DNA of 64,000 bases from an uncultured Gammaproteobacteria bacterium (GTDB taxonomy: Bacteria > Patescibacteriota > Microgenomatia > UBA1406 > HO2-37-13b): positions 7,768 through 71,767 of the forward strand of contig CAYQYZ010000004.1 of NCBI GenBank assembly GCA_964422025.1, written 5' to 3'. Positions within the stretch are counted from its first letter, which is position 1. Every line of letters starts with the position of its first letter. This document shows positions 56,736-64,000 of the stretch, in pieces. The notes beneath the pieces are model-generated. The model was given only the letters and a program-made list of their open reading frames with translations. It made no database searches and was not told the DNA's origin. The position numbers and the translations under genes are program-made.

Positions 56736-57248
56736 ATGACAGAAAAATCACCAATACCTACACCTGAAATTCCATGGAGAGATCAGGCCAATATTGTATC
56801 TGCATTAGTTCGAACTGGATTAACAGCATCTGAATTATCCTCTGATGAGCTATCGCCAGAAGGGCATGCTGCTCTTTGGCAGCGATACAGAGATATAGCG
56901 CCGAAATTTGCCGATATAGTAACTTTGTGCGAAGGTGTAGCTCGTGTAACAGAAGGCACTGCAAGACGCTATGTAGACGACTCAGATTTTAGAAGGATAG
57001 CTATCCAGAAGTACGATGATGACGCGCGTGATCTTGTAATGCGTATAGCACATTACAATGCTGCAGCTACTAATCCAGAAAAAGCTGTGGATGAACAACG
57101 TTATTGGCGTGCACTTAATGATGTCGTTGGAACACTACAAGGCAGTCACTTTTATCCAATGCCTCCTGTTACCGTAAATACGGTCATGCATTCTATATTT
57201 AGTAAAAAAGGTTTTTTAGTGAGGTCACCCGAAGAGCCAGAAGAATGA
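56736..57248 (+). CDS. hypothetical cytoplasmic protein (170 aa)
   Basis: ORF with helical, charged composition; N-terminus MTEKSPIPTPEIP resembles that of the 58939 gene. Confidence 0.6.
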   Translation: MTEKSPIPTPEIPWRDQANIVSALVRTGLTASELSSDELSPEGHAALWQRYRDIAPKFADIVTLCEGVARVTEGTARRYVDDSDFRRIAIQKYDDDARDLVMRIAHYNAAATNPEKAVDEQRYWRALNDVVGTLQGSHFYPMPPVTVNTVMHSIFSKKGFLVRSPEEPEE

Positions 57249-57282
57249 GCTAAGCCTAATTATCCTTTCCTAACGCTCTGTG

Positions 57283-57291
57283 TGATATAAT
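57283..57291 (+). promoter_or_regulatory. extended -10 box TGATATAAT 5 nt upstream of the ATG at 57297 (predicted leaderless)
   Basis: GTGTGATATAAT-TGTGT-ATG; track start 57291 is a TTG that begins at the last base of the box. Confidence 0.55.
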
Positions 57292-57296
57292 TGTGT

Positions 57297-58151
57297 ATGC
57301 CAAATAGACTGAGAACCACACCCTTACCAGATGAAATTAGAGCTCTTGTTGTGGCTTTTGATGAGGGTAACATTGACTGGCTTGCTTATTCTGAAAATGC
57401 GCTTTTATTAAGTGCTCGTAAACTAGATGGTGATTTGCCAGTTGGGTCGGATCTTCGTCACGAACGTGCACTTACAGACCAGATACAATCGCCATTGGCT
57501 GCTGTAAGCTATGAAGCGGGGGAGAGCGGTTTACCTGCTCGTAGAATTGGTTCCGGAAGACATCCTGTTCAAAAGCTTGACAGAATTCAGTCTTTGATTG
57601 AAAGTCGATTTGGTTATGGTTATACGCCGGATGGCATTATACAGCGGTTATTTGCATCGGGTAACAGTCGAAATGTTCAAGATAGAACTGAAGCTATTAC
57701 ACGACAAAGATTACCCGAAGAGCTTGAAGCGATATTTATGGTTGCATTGTTGGGACGTGTTGCGGAAGAAGAAGTGCATGCTCAATACTCTACACTACTT
57801 GATACAGATATTCGTACGCAAATTCCACCAGAAAATACTACAGTTTTTTGGGCAACTAAAGTTGATAAAGTCAAAAGAAATACGGCGTTTGCACAAAAAG
57901 CTCTGAGCAGTGCGCAGGTAAAAGCAGAGGAGTTATATGGAGCAGACGGTGAGCGCATTATGAGTATTTTTGATGCGATAGTTATGCTTCGAGCAAACAC
58001 TTTCAATCGATCGGATCGTGGACAGTTTCGCAACGCTGTGTTGCGAAAAATTAATGAAGGTAATTTGGATGAAGCGGAACGAATAATTACTGTTTTGATT
58101 CAACAACATCCGGCTTCTTTTACCGGTAGAGCAAGAAAACTGTTTTCTTAA
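57297..58151 (+). CDS. hypothetical protein, paralog of 58939..59796
   Basis: Shared blocks PLPDEIRAL/PLSEEILAY, GNIDW/GHIDW, FGYGYTP..IIQRLF/FGIGYTP..LIDRLF, EGNLDEAERI/EGRVDDAEAI, FTGRARKLF/FNGRALKMY. Confidence 0.7.
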   Translation: MPNRLRTTPLPDEIRALVVAFDEGNIDWLAYSENALLLSARKLDGDLPVGSDLRHERALTDQIQSPLAAVSYEAGESGLPARRIGSGRHPVQKLDRIQSLIESRFGYGYTPDGIIQRLFASGNSRNVQDRTEAITRQRLPEELEAIFMVALLGRVAEEEVHAQYSTLLDTDIRTQIPPENTTVFWATKVDKVKRNTAFAQKALSSAQVKAEELYGADGERIMSIFDAIVMLRANTFNRSDRGQFRNAVLRKINEGNLDEAERIITVLIQQHPASFTGRARKLFS

Positions 58152-58804
58152 TGGTCGATCTCAATCGCTCCCCGATCATCCACTCGAAGGGTTCTGCTAC
58201 AGCTGTCAAATTCTCCGGTTACCAGCACTTTCTGTTTGTTAAATAGGCTCATATCTACTTCCTTGTTATACGGAATATATATCGTGTCGCTGCCATCCGT
58301 TTGGAGAATTGCGCGGGGATGCTTTGTGTCAATGCTCCCCGGGTGCATGAAATTTTTGTAGTATTCGACTACCGGTTGTATAAGTGGCCATTGGTAATCA
58401 ATCTCATCTGCGGTTCCTAACACTCTGACCACGCCTACGTGCGTTTGGCGGCCTTTGTCGCATAGTAGTTTTGCTCCTCCGAAAATTCCAAAGGTGGATA
58501 ACACGAGGCCGACCCCCATAATTCCCAGAGATCCTTTGAGCGTAAATGAGAAGGCTTTTTGTTTTTTGATGTCTTGCAGAAGCTGGGTGATGCGGGCAAG
58601 GGGATTGCCGACGTGAATATCGAGAAGGTCGTCGTGTTTCTTATCGTAACGGGTGTTGTTGGCGATGTATTGGTGAAGGGGGTGAGACGAGTTACTCTCT
58701 GCGGGAGAGGAATCGGAACTTGGAGAAGATTTGGGGATAAAATGGCCATTTTCGTCATGCGGCTGTGATTGGGCGGCCTTTTCATGATTTGAAAGATCAT
58801 CCAT
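58148..58804 (-). CDS. single-pass membrane protein with polar His/Ser-rich N-terminus and beta-rich C-terminal domain
   Basis: TM GSLGIMGVGLVLSTFGIFGGA; stop codon shares the TTAA tetranucleotide with the convergent 57297 gene. Confidence 0.6.
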   Translation of the reverse strand: MDDLSNHEKAAQSQPHDENGHFIPKSSPSSDSSPAESNSSHPLHQYIANNTRYDKKHDDLLDIHVGNPLARITQLLQDIKKQKAFSFTLKGSLGIMGVGLVLSTFGIFGGAKLLCDKGRQTHVGVVRVLGTADEIDYQWPLIQPVVEYYKNFMHPGSIDTKHPRAILQTDGSDTIYIPYNKEVDMSLFNKQKVLVTGEFDSCSRTLRVDDRGAIEIDH

Positions 58805-58921
58805 GAAATAGTTTTACTGGATATTGTGGAGAAAATCAACCATATCATTTACTCATCGGGCGCTTTTACTGGAACCACCATGCCTTTCGAACTCATTTTT
58901 AGCTTTTCACAACAGTCCGTG

Positions 58922-58930
58922 TGATATAAT
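58922..58930 (+). promoter_or_regulatory. extended -10 box TGATATAAT 8 nt upstream of the ATG at 58939 (predicted near-leaderless)
   Basis: Conserved box AACAGTCCGTGTGATATAAT (17/20 identical to 56711-56730). Confidence 0.55.
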
Positions 58931-58938
58931 AGGTTCGT

Positions 58939-59796
58939 ATGTCAGGCGAAGCACCTATTCCCGTTCCCCTTAGCGAAGAAATTTTAGCATATCAGATAGC
59001 GTATGATGCAGGTCACATAGATTGGTCGGATTTTTCACAAGATGCGATTCGGTTGGCTGCGCGTCGGCTTGATGAGGGGCTTGTTGCGAGTGGACAAGAT
59101 CCTATTCATGTAGACATGTTGCAACAACATTTAAATTCCCGACAAGCACAACAGAGCTATGATTATGGCTTGAGCGGACTTTCACCGCGCGAAATTGAGC
59201 CTGTTGAGTATGATCCTCGTAGAGATGTAGTTCGCGAAACGGTGTTGGCAGAATTTGGGATAGGATATACTCCCAAATACTTGATTGATCGACTTTTTAC
59301 TGATCATGATAAAGGTCATACGCGATCGCGTACGCTTGCGGTTTTAGATTCAAATGTCCCACAAGAATATGGTGCGTTATTTTTTACGGATCTTCTTGCA
59401 TGGCAAAGCGTAGCGAAAGTGCATCGGCAATACAATGCGTTGATTGATCCTGACATTACGTCACGCGTACCTACTGATAAGGCAGATGAGTTTTGGCGTA
59501 ATCGAGTTTCTGATTTTAATCGCTATTCGGGGTTTGCCGTGCGTGCACTTATGGCATCTTCAAAGCAAGCAGAGAAGTTGTTTGGTAATGACGGGCCACG
59601 TGCCATGAGTGCTTTTCGAGCAATAACTTTTCTGAAAAAAGGGGTGTTTCATAACGCGATGACTCACCGGAAAAGTGTTATACAGGCGTTGGCCGAAGGA
59701 AGGGTTGATGATGCGGAGGCTATCGTTGTAGATCTTGTAGCACGCAATCCAACTGCTTTTAATGGAAGAGCTTTGAAAATGTATGCAGTCAAATAA
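58939..59796 (+). CDS. hypothetical protein, paralog of 57297..58151
   Basis: See the shared blocks listed for 57297; 285 aa, no TM, no family recognised. Confidence 0.7.
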   Translation: MSGEAPIPVPLSEEILAYQIAYDAGHIDWSDFSQDAIRLAARRLDEGLVASGQDPIHVDMLQQHLNSRQAQQSYDYGLSGLSPREIEPVEYDPRRDVVRETVLAEFGIGYTPKYLIDRLFTDHDKGHTRSRTLAVLDSNVPQEYGALFFTDLLAWQSVAKVHRQYNALIDPDITSRVPTDKADEFWRNRVSDFNRYSGFAVRALMASSKQAEKLFGNDGPRAMSAFRAITFLKKGVFHNAMTHRKSVIQALAEGRVDDAEAIVVDLVARNPTAFNGRALKMYAVK

Positions 59797-60122
59797 GTAG
59801 TTTTTATAGTGCTTTCAGAAAACTCACAGATTCTATTCATGCGTGCGGAATATATGTATTTTATGGTGGTAGAATAAGATTTAGGATGGGTGATTTTGGG
59901 GAAGCGTAATTGTGAGATTTGAAAGAATTGGACATATCTTTACGGGTGTATTTTGCCTATGACTATATATTGATATATCGCAAATTTGTGCCTAGTTTGA
60001 GGCGACTTTTGTGCCTGAATTCGGGGCAAAAAAATAGGATATCAATATGTTGACATGGTCGGAAAAAGGAGACATATATTGAAAATATCTTACTTTCTTA
60101 GCTATTTCCACATGACCTATTA

Positions 60123-60131
60123 TGATATAAT
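60123..60131 (+). promoter_or_regulatory. extended -10 box TGATATAAT upstream of the 60158 gene
   Basis: TGnTATAAT ending 26 nt before the ATG. Confidence 0.45.
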
Positions 60132-60157
60132 AGAGCATTACAAAAGTCTAAAACTGT

Positions 60158-60997
60158 ATGCCAAAAGAACATATGGGTCGCAATTTACTGGCAACTGGTC
60201 TTACGATTGCGGGTGTTGCTTTGGGACTTCAGAAGCACAAATCCATTCAGGAACAGCTTAATGCAGAAGCTCATGGAGCAATTCCTCCGATTGTTGAACA
60301 TCTTAGTGGACGATATGGCGTTGATCTTGCACTTCAAATTTCCGAATACGAAAGAGACTTGGGTTTCCCTTTTGAAGAACCCTTGCCCGTTGATAGCTTA
60401 CGAGCTGCACGTGTAATTCAAGATGAACTTTCAATATTACCACCTGATCTAGTAAAAAAGATTGGCCCCAAACGTATTGTTCTATCAGATAGGTTTGGGT
60501 ATGTTGGTTTTGGTGAAATGACTGGCTTTACGTTTCCAAAGTGTGCCTTTGTATATATATCTACTCATAAAGGCGATCTAACAAGAGATAATTCTCACAG
60601 ACTCACCCTAGGACATGACGTGCAGCATGAGTTTCATCATGTGGCTGACGCATCAGATGATATATGGGTCGATGATCAAGCATGGAATCAGCTTTCCTCT
60701 AAGTCTAACAAATTTCATATTTTTGGGCATCCTGGTTTTATATCTGAATATGCTCAGGCAGGTCCCAATGAAGATCAGGCTGAAATTGCCGCATTACTTT
60801 TCAAACAAAATACGCCTCAAGGACGTGAGGCATATGATCAAATTGATGACCCCATAGTTCTTGCTAAAGTAGAAGAGATGAAACGTCGGTATGAGGAATG
60901 GAGTGATGGACTGATTAGTGATCAATATTGGATCGATTTGCGCGCGGGAATTGTTGGTGAGGCGTATTGGAATGAACGCGATGTAAATCGCGATTAA
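60158..60997 (+). CDS. membrane-anchored putative zinc metallopeptidase (HExxH, gluzincin-like)
   Basis: N-terminal TM (LLATGLTIAGVALGL); HEFHH motif; downstream GPNEDQAEIAALLF helix could supply the third ligand Glu. Confidence 0.6.
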   Translation: MPKEHMGRNLLATGLTIAGVALGLQKHKSIQEQLNAEAHGAIPPIVEHLSGRYGVDLALQISEYERDLGFPFEEPLPVDSLRAARVIQDELSILPPDLVKKIGPKRIVLSDRFGYVGFGEMTGFTFPKCAFVYISTHKGDLTRDNSHRLTLGHDVQHEFHHVADASDDIWVDDQAWNQLSSKSNKFHIFGHPGFISEYAQAGPNEDQAEIAALLFKQNTPQGREAYDQIDDPIVLAKVEEMKRRYEEWSDGLISDQYWIDLRAGIVGEAYWNERDVNRD

Positions 60998-61338
60998 CTT
61001 TCTTTGCTAGTGTCCGATTCGCTTGAGGTAGGTTCCATTTTATTCTTTCTTCCTTTCAAAATCATTCCCCAATGATAGAGATATAGCGGTAGGCCGACGG
61101 CAAGCATGGAAATAGATGAGGACATTTGGCGTTGTCGGGTTTTTTCTGCTTCATCACGAGAGCGTGTTTCATTTTCCTCTTTTGTCAGCATAGTGTCGTT
61201 GTAAGTGTAGACATCGACGTTGGGGAAAAAGTACGTTTTGATTCCGAGGTCAATGAGCTGGCTGGTTCCAAAGACGATGATAATGAGTCCCACGAAAGAG
61301 AAGAGGTATAGGTAAAGGAGGCGAAGTGAGAGTTTCAT
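60994..61338 (-). CDS. small two-TM membrane protein with charged loop
   Basis: TMs LLYLYLFSFVGLIIIVFG and ISMLAVGLPLYLYHWGMIL separated by an E/R-rich loop. Confidence 0.55.
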   Translation of the reverse strand: MKLSLRLLYLYLFSFVGLIIIVFGTSQLIDLGIKTYFFPNVDVYTYNDTMLTKEENETRSRDEAEKTRQRQMSSSISMLAVGLPLYLYHWGMILKGRKNKMEPTSSESDTSKES

Positions 61339-61395
61339 GAGATGAGTGTAAATGAGGGAGGAGGTGAATGCAAGGGGAAAATTTGGACCGTTTCG

Positions 61396-61441
61396 TGCAA
61401 CCTGCGGGCTAAGCTAGGCACGTTCAACCTCTTAGGTTGAA
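61396..61441 (+). repeat. double-hairpin repeat, family 1, copy F
   Basis: TGCAACCTGCGGGCTAAGCTAGGCACGTTCAACCTCTTAGGTTGAA; the right 27 nt are identical to copy E. Confidence 0.85.
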
Positions 61442-61443
61442 TT

Positions 61444-62925
61444 CTAGGCCTTCTCCGTAACCTTATATTCCAAATTCTTTCCTAAAATAAGCCGTGTGTG
61501 GGCTTCCAGAGCAGGAAGAGATGAAAATACAAACGAAACAATCGGCATTAAATACCACTGAATAAAGAGGAGGGGTACGTTGCGAAGCGACGTTTTAATG
61601 TTCACTTTTTCACGGAGTTTGTGGTCGAAATAGAGGGTGATTACCATGGTAAGTGTTCCAAGCGTTAGAATTGCGGATGACATTTGGGGAAGCAGATAGC
61701 CAAGTACCGTGCGGCCGAATGACGGGTTTACCCAGCCGGGAACCCAGGCGGATAGGGTGAGAATGAAAAATGACGTTGGCCATAGCAGGTGGGGTTCTGC
61801 GAGGAGTATTATGCGACGTAGTTTTGGCCACCAGGCAATGTGGGGGGTTTGCAGCGATTGTTTGATGGCGTAGGGAATGTCGGTGGCGCCCCATGCCCAG
61901 CGGCGTTCTTGCTCGTAGCGATTTTGAAAAGCGCTAATCATGCTGCCGGTGTACACCGGGTCGCCAATGACGGGCAAATAAATAGGAAGTGTGCGGACTT
62001 TTTCACCGTGTTTAAAAAACGCTTGTAGCCAAATATGCCAATCTTCGGGAATAATATCTACGTCCCAAAATCCTACGCTATGAAGTAACCATAAATTGGT
62101 GGAGTACGTTGAAACTTGAATCAGGTCGTCGCGCTGGGGCAACATAGAGACGCGGATTATTGAATGTAAAATTGCTTGCATGCGAATAGGTAGGCTCAAT
62201 TTCCAGAAATTGTTGTATAGCAAAATAGGAGCCCAATAAAAATGGAAATCGCGATCCTTGTCTTTTAAAAATTCTAGACTTAAATACGCCAAGTATGCTG
62301 GGGGAAATAGGCTGTCGGCATCGGCGATCGTAATAATTGCCTGTTTTGGATTGGTATGGTGCTCTTTAGCGTGTTCATAAATTACTTTCCCCGCGTGTGC
62401 TTCGTTACTTGCTTTACCAACGATTTCTCCTTCGATCAATGGATGATACGTTGTAATAATTTCTCCAAAAACATGCCCAAATTTTTTAGTCAGCGCTTCG
62501 CTACGGATTCGGGCTGGCTCGCCTTCGCGTTGTTCCATAGCCAAAACAACAATGACTTTTTTTAAGTCATACTGTTGCGCGGAAAGTTTTTCGAGCGACA
62601 AAGAAACTTTTTCGACTGTTTCTTTGTAATTTGCGACAACAATGTAATGAGCTAAATCTTGCCATCCTGGGGTTTTGAGCAGTCTTTTGTGCCAATCTAT
62701 TGTATCGGCTTTTTCCATTAACTGATAGGCAATTGATGCAAAATAGACCCCTTTGATTGTTTTGTACAAAAAATACAAAAAGTACGCCAAAATAAAATAT
62801 GAAACAACGGCAGGACGAAACGGGGAAAGATACACGGGCATTAAAATAATGAGCCACGCAAAAATAGGAATGAGCATTTCGGCAATTCGGTAGAATAATC
62901 GCGTCTCGACAATCTTATTGATCAT
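61444..62925 (-). CDS. membrane-embedded processive-type GT2 glycosyltransferase (cellulose/chitin-synthase-like)
   Basis: N- and C-terminal TM bundles flanking a GT-A domain with ADADS and QERRWAWG (Q..RW-type) motifs. Confidence 0.8.
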   Translation of the reverse strand: MINKIVETRLFYRIAEMLIPIFAWLIILMPVYLSPFRPAVVSYFILAYFLYFLYKTIKGVYFASIAYQLMEKADTIDWHKRLLKTPGWQDLAHYIVVANYKETVEKVSLSLEKLSAQQYDLKKVIVVLAMEQREGEPARIRSEALTKKFGHVFGEIITTYHPLIEGEIVGKASNEAHAGKVIYEHAKEHHTNPKQAIITIADADSLFPPAYLAYLSLEFLKDKDRDFHFYWAPILLYNNFWKLSLPIRMQAILHSIIRVSMLPQRDDLIQVSTYSTNLWLLHSVGFWDVDIIPEDWHIWLQAFFKHGEKVRTLPIYLPVIGDPVYTGSMISAFQNRYEQERRWAWGATDIPYAIKQSLQTPHIAWWPKLRRIILLAEPHLLWPTSFFILTLSAWVPGWVNPSFGRTVLGYLLPQMSSAILTLGTLTMVITLYFDHKLREKVNIKTSLRNVPLLFIQWYLMPIVSFVFSSLPALEAHTRLILGKNLEYKVTEKA

Positions 62926-62953
62926 TATCGTTAATTATACCGCGATTGAAGGA

Positions 62954-63232
62954 TTAAAGGGCGAGTAAACTGGCACCGAGCAGGAGTGTAATAAGTACGT
63001 TAAGGGGAGTTAGAACATGGAGTATTTGGAGCGTTAAAATGAGAAAAACGAGAATTCCAGTAATAATTCCAAGTTTGCGCTTTTTACTTACGACCTGCGC
63101 TATCAATCCGCAGAGTGAGGCTGCAAGTAACGAGAATAGAGCGACTATTCCCCAATGAAGCGGAGGAATAAAGAATAGTATGCCAAGGAGCAAAATAGAG
63201 AGAATGATTATCACAGTGATATAGTTATTCAC
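62954..63232 (-). CDS. small three-TM membrane protein
   Basis: 92 aa, almost entirely hydrophobic helices. Confidence 0.5.
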   Translation of the reverse strand: MNNYITVIIILSILLLGILFFIPPLHWGIVALFSLLAASLCGLIAQVVSKKRKLGIITGILVFLILTLQILHVLTPLNVLITLLLGASLLAL

Positions 63233-63256
63233 CTTGTTATTCTACCATTCATTCGT

Positions 63257-63262
63257 TAGAAT
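63257..63262 (+). promoter_or_regulatory. -10 hexamer TAGAAT 6 nt upstream of the metK ATG (predicted leaderless)
   Basis: TAGAAT-CTTCCA-ATG; no SD and no room for a riboswitch. Confidence 0.4.
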
Positions 63263-63268
63263 CTTCCA

Positions 63269-64000
63269 ATGTCAAAAAGCGTTTTTTCTTCCGAATCGGT
63301 CTGTGCAGGCCATCCTGATAAAGTGTGTGATGCAATTTCCGACTCCATTTTAGATGCCGTTTTAGCCAAGGATCCGTTTGGGCGAGTGGCGGTAGAAACG
63401 CTGGTTACTACAAACCGAGTGGTAATTGCGGGCGAATTAACTACTGATGCAAAAATTAATATTGAAAAAATTGCCCGCGAACAAATTAAGCGACTCGGAT
63501 ACACAAAAGCCAGCTACGATTTTAGCCATAAATCAGAAATTGAAGTTTTGCTACATCAACAATCCCCCGAAATTGCCCAGGGTGTCGATAACGACGGAGC
63601 CGGTGACCAGGGAATGATGTTCGGGTACGCGTGTTCAGAAACCAACGAGCTTATGCCGCTTCCCATAACACTTGCGCATCGACTTGCCCAACGCATTGAT
63701 CACGCGCGGGAAAAAGAATTAATTCCGTATCTTCGCCCCGACGGAAAAAGCCAAGTGTCAGTAACATATGAAAATGGAAAACCGGTGGGAATTGCAGCTG
63801 TGGTCATTGCAGTACCGCACAAAGAGAGTATACAGCTCGAACAGGTTAAACACGACATCTACAAAAAAGTCGTTGCACCAGTACTTGCAAAATATGGATA
63901 CTCTTTTCCTGAAAAAGATGTAATCGTTAACGGAACCGGCGCATGGTACAACGGAGGTCCGGCAAGTGACACGGGGCTAACAGGGAGGAAAATTGTGGTT
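63269..64000 (+). CDS. metK: S-adenosylmethionine synthetase (3' end beyond the window)
   Basis: My translation: MSKSVFSSESVCAGHPDKVCDAISDSILDA..., GAGDQGMMFGYA, GGPASDTGLTGRKIVV; not in the ORF track because no stop occurs in the window. Confidence 0.95.
   Translation, partial: MSKSVFSSESVCAGHPDKVCDAISDSILDAVLAKDPFGRVAVETLVTTNRVVIAGELTTDAKINIEKIAREQIKRLGYTKASYDFSHKSEIEVLLHQQSPEIAQGVDNDGAGDQGMMFGYACSETNELMPLPITLAHRLAQRIDHAREKELIPYLRPDGKSQVSVTYENGKPVGIAAVVIAVPHKESIQLEQVKHDIYKKVVAPVLAKYGYSFPEKDVIVNGTGAWYNGGPASDTGLTGRKIVV

Noticed and set aside
58148-58151. Convergent genes sharing the TTAA tetranucleotide as overlapping stop codons
   Set aside because: This is real but a trivial consequence of compact gene packing, not a regulatory feature in itself.
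58435-58848. 137-aa minus-strand ORF overlapping 58148..58804 in another frame
   Set aside because: The 218-aa frame has a coherent TM plus domain architecture. The alternative frame is Pro/Thr/Ser low complexity.
56700-60000. Apparently higher GC in the island than in the glycosylation cluster, as evidence of foreign origin
   Set aside because: Spot counts show rpoB/rpoC are similarly GC-richer than the AT-rich membrane-protein genes. The contrast probably reflects soluble versus membrane protein composition. It needs a proper genome-wide calculation.
56577-61338. Integrated prophage or integrative element at tRNA-Lys
   Set aside because: I found no integrase, recombinase or phage-like genes, and no direct repeat of the tRNA 3' end. 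The block is reported only as an unknown accessory-looking set.
1768-61441. Possibility that the palindromic repeats represent a CRISPR array
   Set aside because: The copies are dispersed over 60 kb, not tandemly spaced by unique spacers, and no cas genes are present.
63233-63268. SAM riboswitch upstream of metK
   Set aside because: Only 36 nt separate metK from the upstream gene, which is too short for any SAM riboswitch class.
1-64000. Alternative genetic code (UGA recoding, as in some candidate phyla)
   Set aside because: Long conserved genes (rpoB, rpoC, fusA) are intact under the standard bacterial code. TGA is also used as a terminal stop in ATGA gene overlaps (e.g. 8888, 15866).
1-64000. 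Diversity-generating retroelement, retron or other reverse-transcriptase system (common in candidate-phyla genomes)
   Set aside because: I saw no RT-like ORF and no template/variable repeat pair. The only long similarities are ordinary protein paralogs.

Overview
This is a 64-kb window from a low-GC, very gene-dense bacterial genome in which gene overlaps are common. The gene content and style are reminiscent of Candidate Phyla Radiation/Patescibacteria, but that is inference only. All functional calls come from motif recognition by eye; no searches were run.

Layout:
(1) 0-5.6 kb: a membrane protein, a small secreted Gly/Asn/Thr-rich protein, a Cys-rich anchored protein, a MacAB-like ABC efflux operon with a HlyD-type adaptor, tRNA-Cys(GCA) and a CAP/SCP-domain protein.
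(2) 5.6-41.5 kb: an unusually large envelope-glycosylation region. It holds 13 polytopic GT-C-like membrane proteins in at least three paralog families, six GT2 genes, one GT4, a Wzx-like flippase and a LysM protein. It also holds a Dpm1-GtrA fusion, UDP-glucuronate decarboxylase, UDP-glucose dehydrogenase and an RmlD-like reductase. The region is interrupted by a 440-aa multi-winged-helix-like protein, a Nudix/CPBP pair, and an atypical tRNA-like gene abutting an unknown 328-aa ORF.
(3) 42.2-52.8 kb: rpoB-rpoC-rpsL-rpsG-fusA with its own promoter and leader hairpin.
(4) 52.8-56.5 kb: hypotheticals, a HAD hydrolase and an MsbA-type ABC exporter.
(5) 56.6-61.3 kb: tRNA-Lys(UUU) followed by a block of unrecognisable genes, including a paralog pair and a membrane-anchored HExxH protein.
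(6) 61.4-64 kb: a processive-type GT2, a small membrane protein and metK (3' truncated by the window).

Non-genic structure worth attention:
- Two dispersed hairpin-repeat families, all copies in one orientation. Several copies are embedded in frame inside glycosyltransferase genes, and one supplies a stop codon.
- Recurrent TGnTAYAAT -10 boxes 5-9 nt upstream of ATG, predicting leaderless mRNAs. These include divergent gene pairs whose start codons abut or overlap.
- The tRNA-like/ORF co-transcript.

I found no rRNA, CRISPR array, transposase or integrase.
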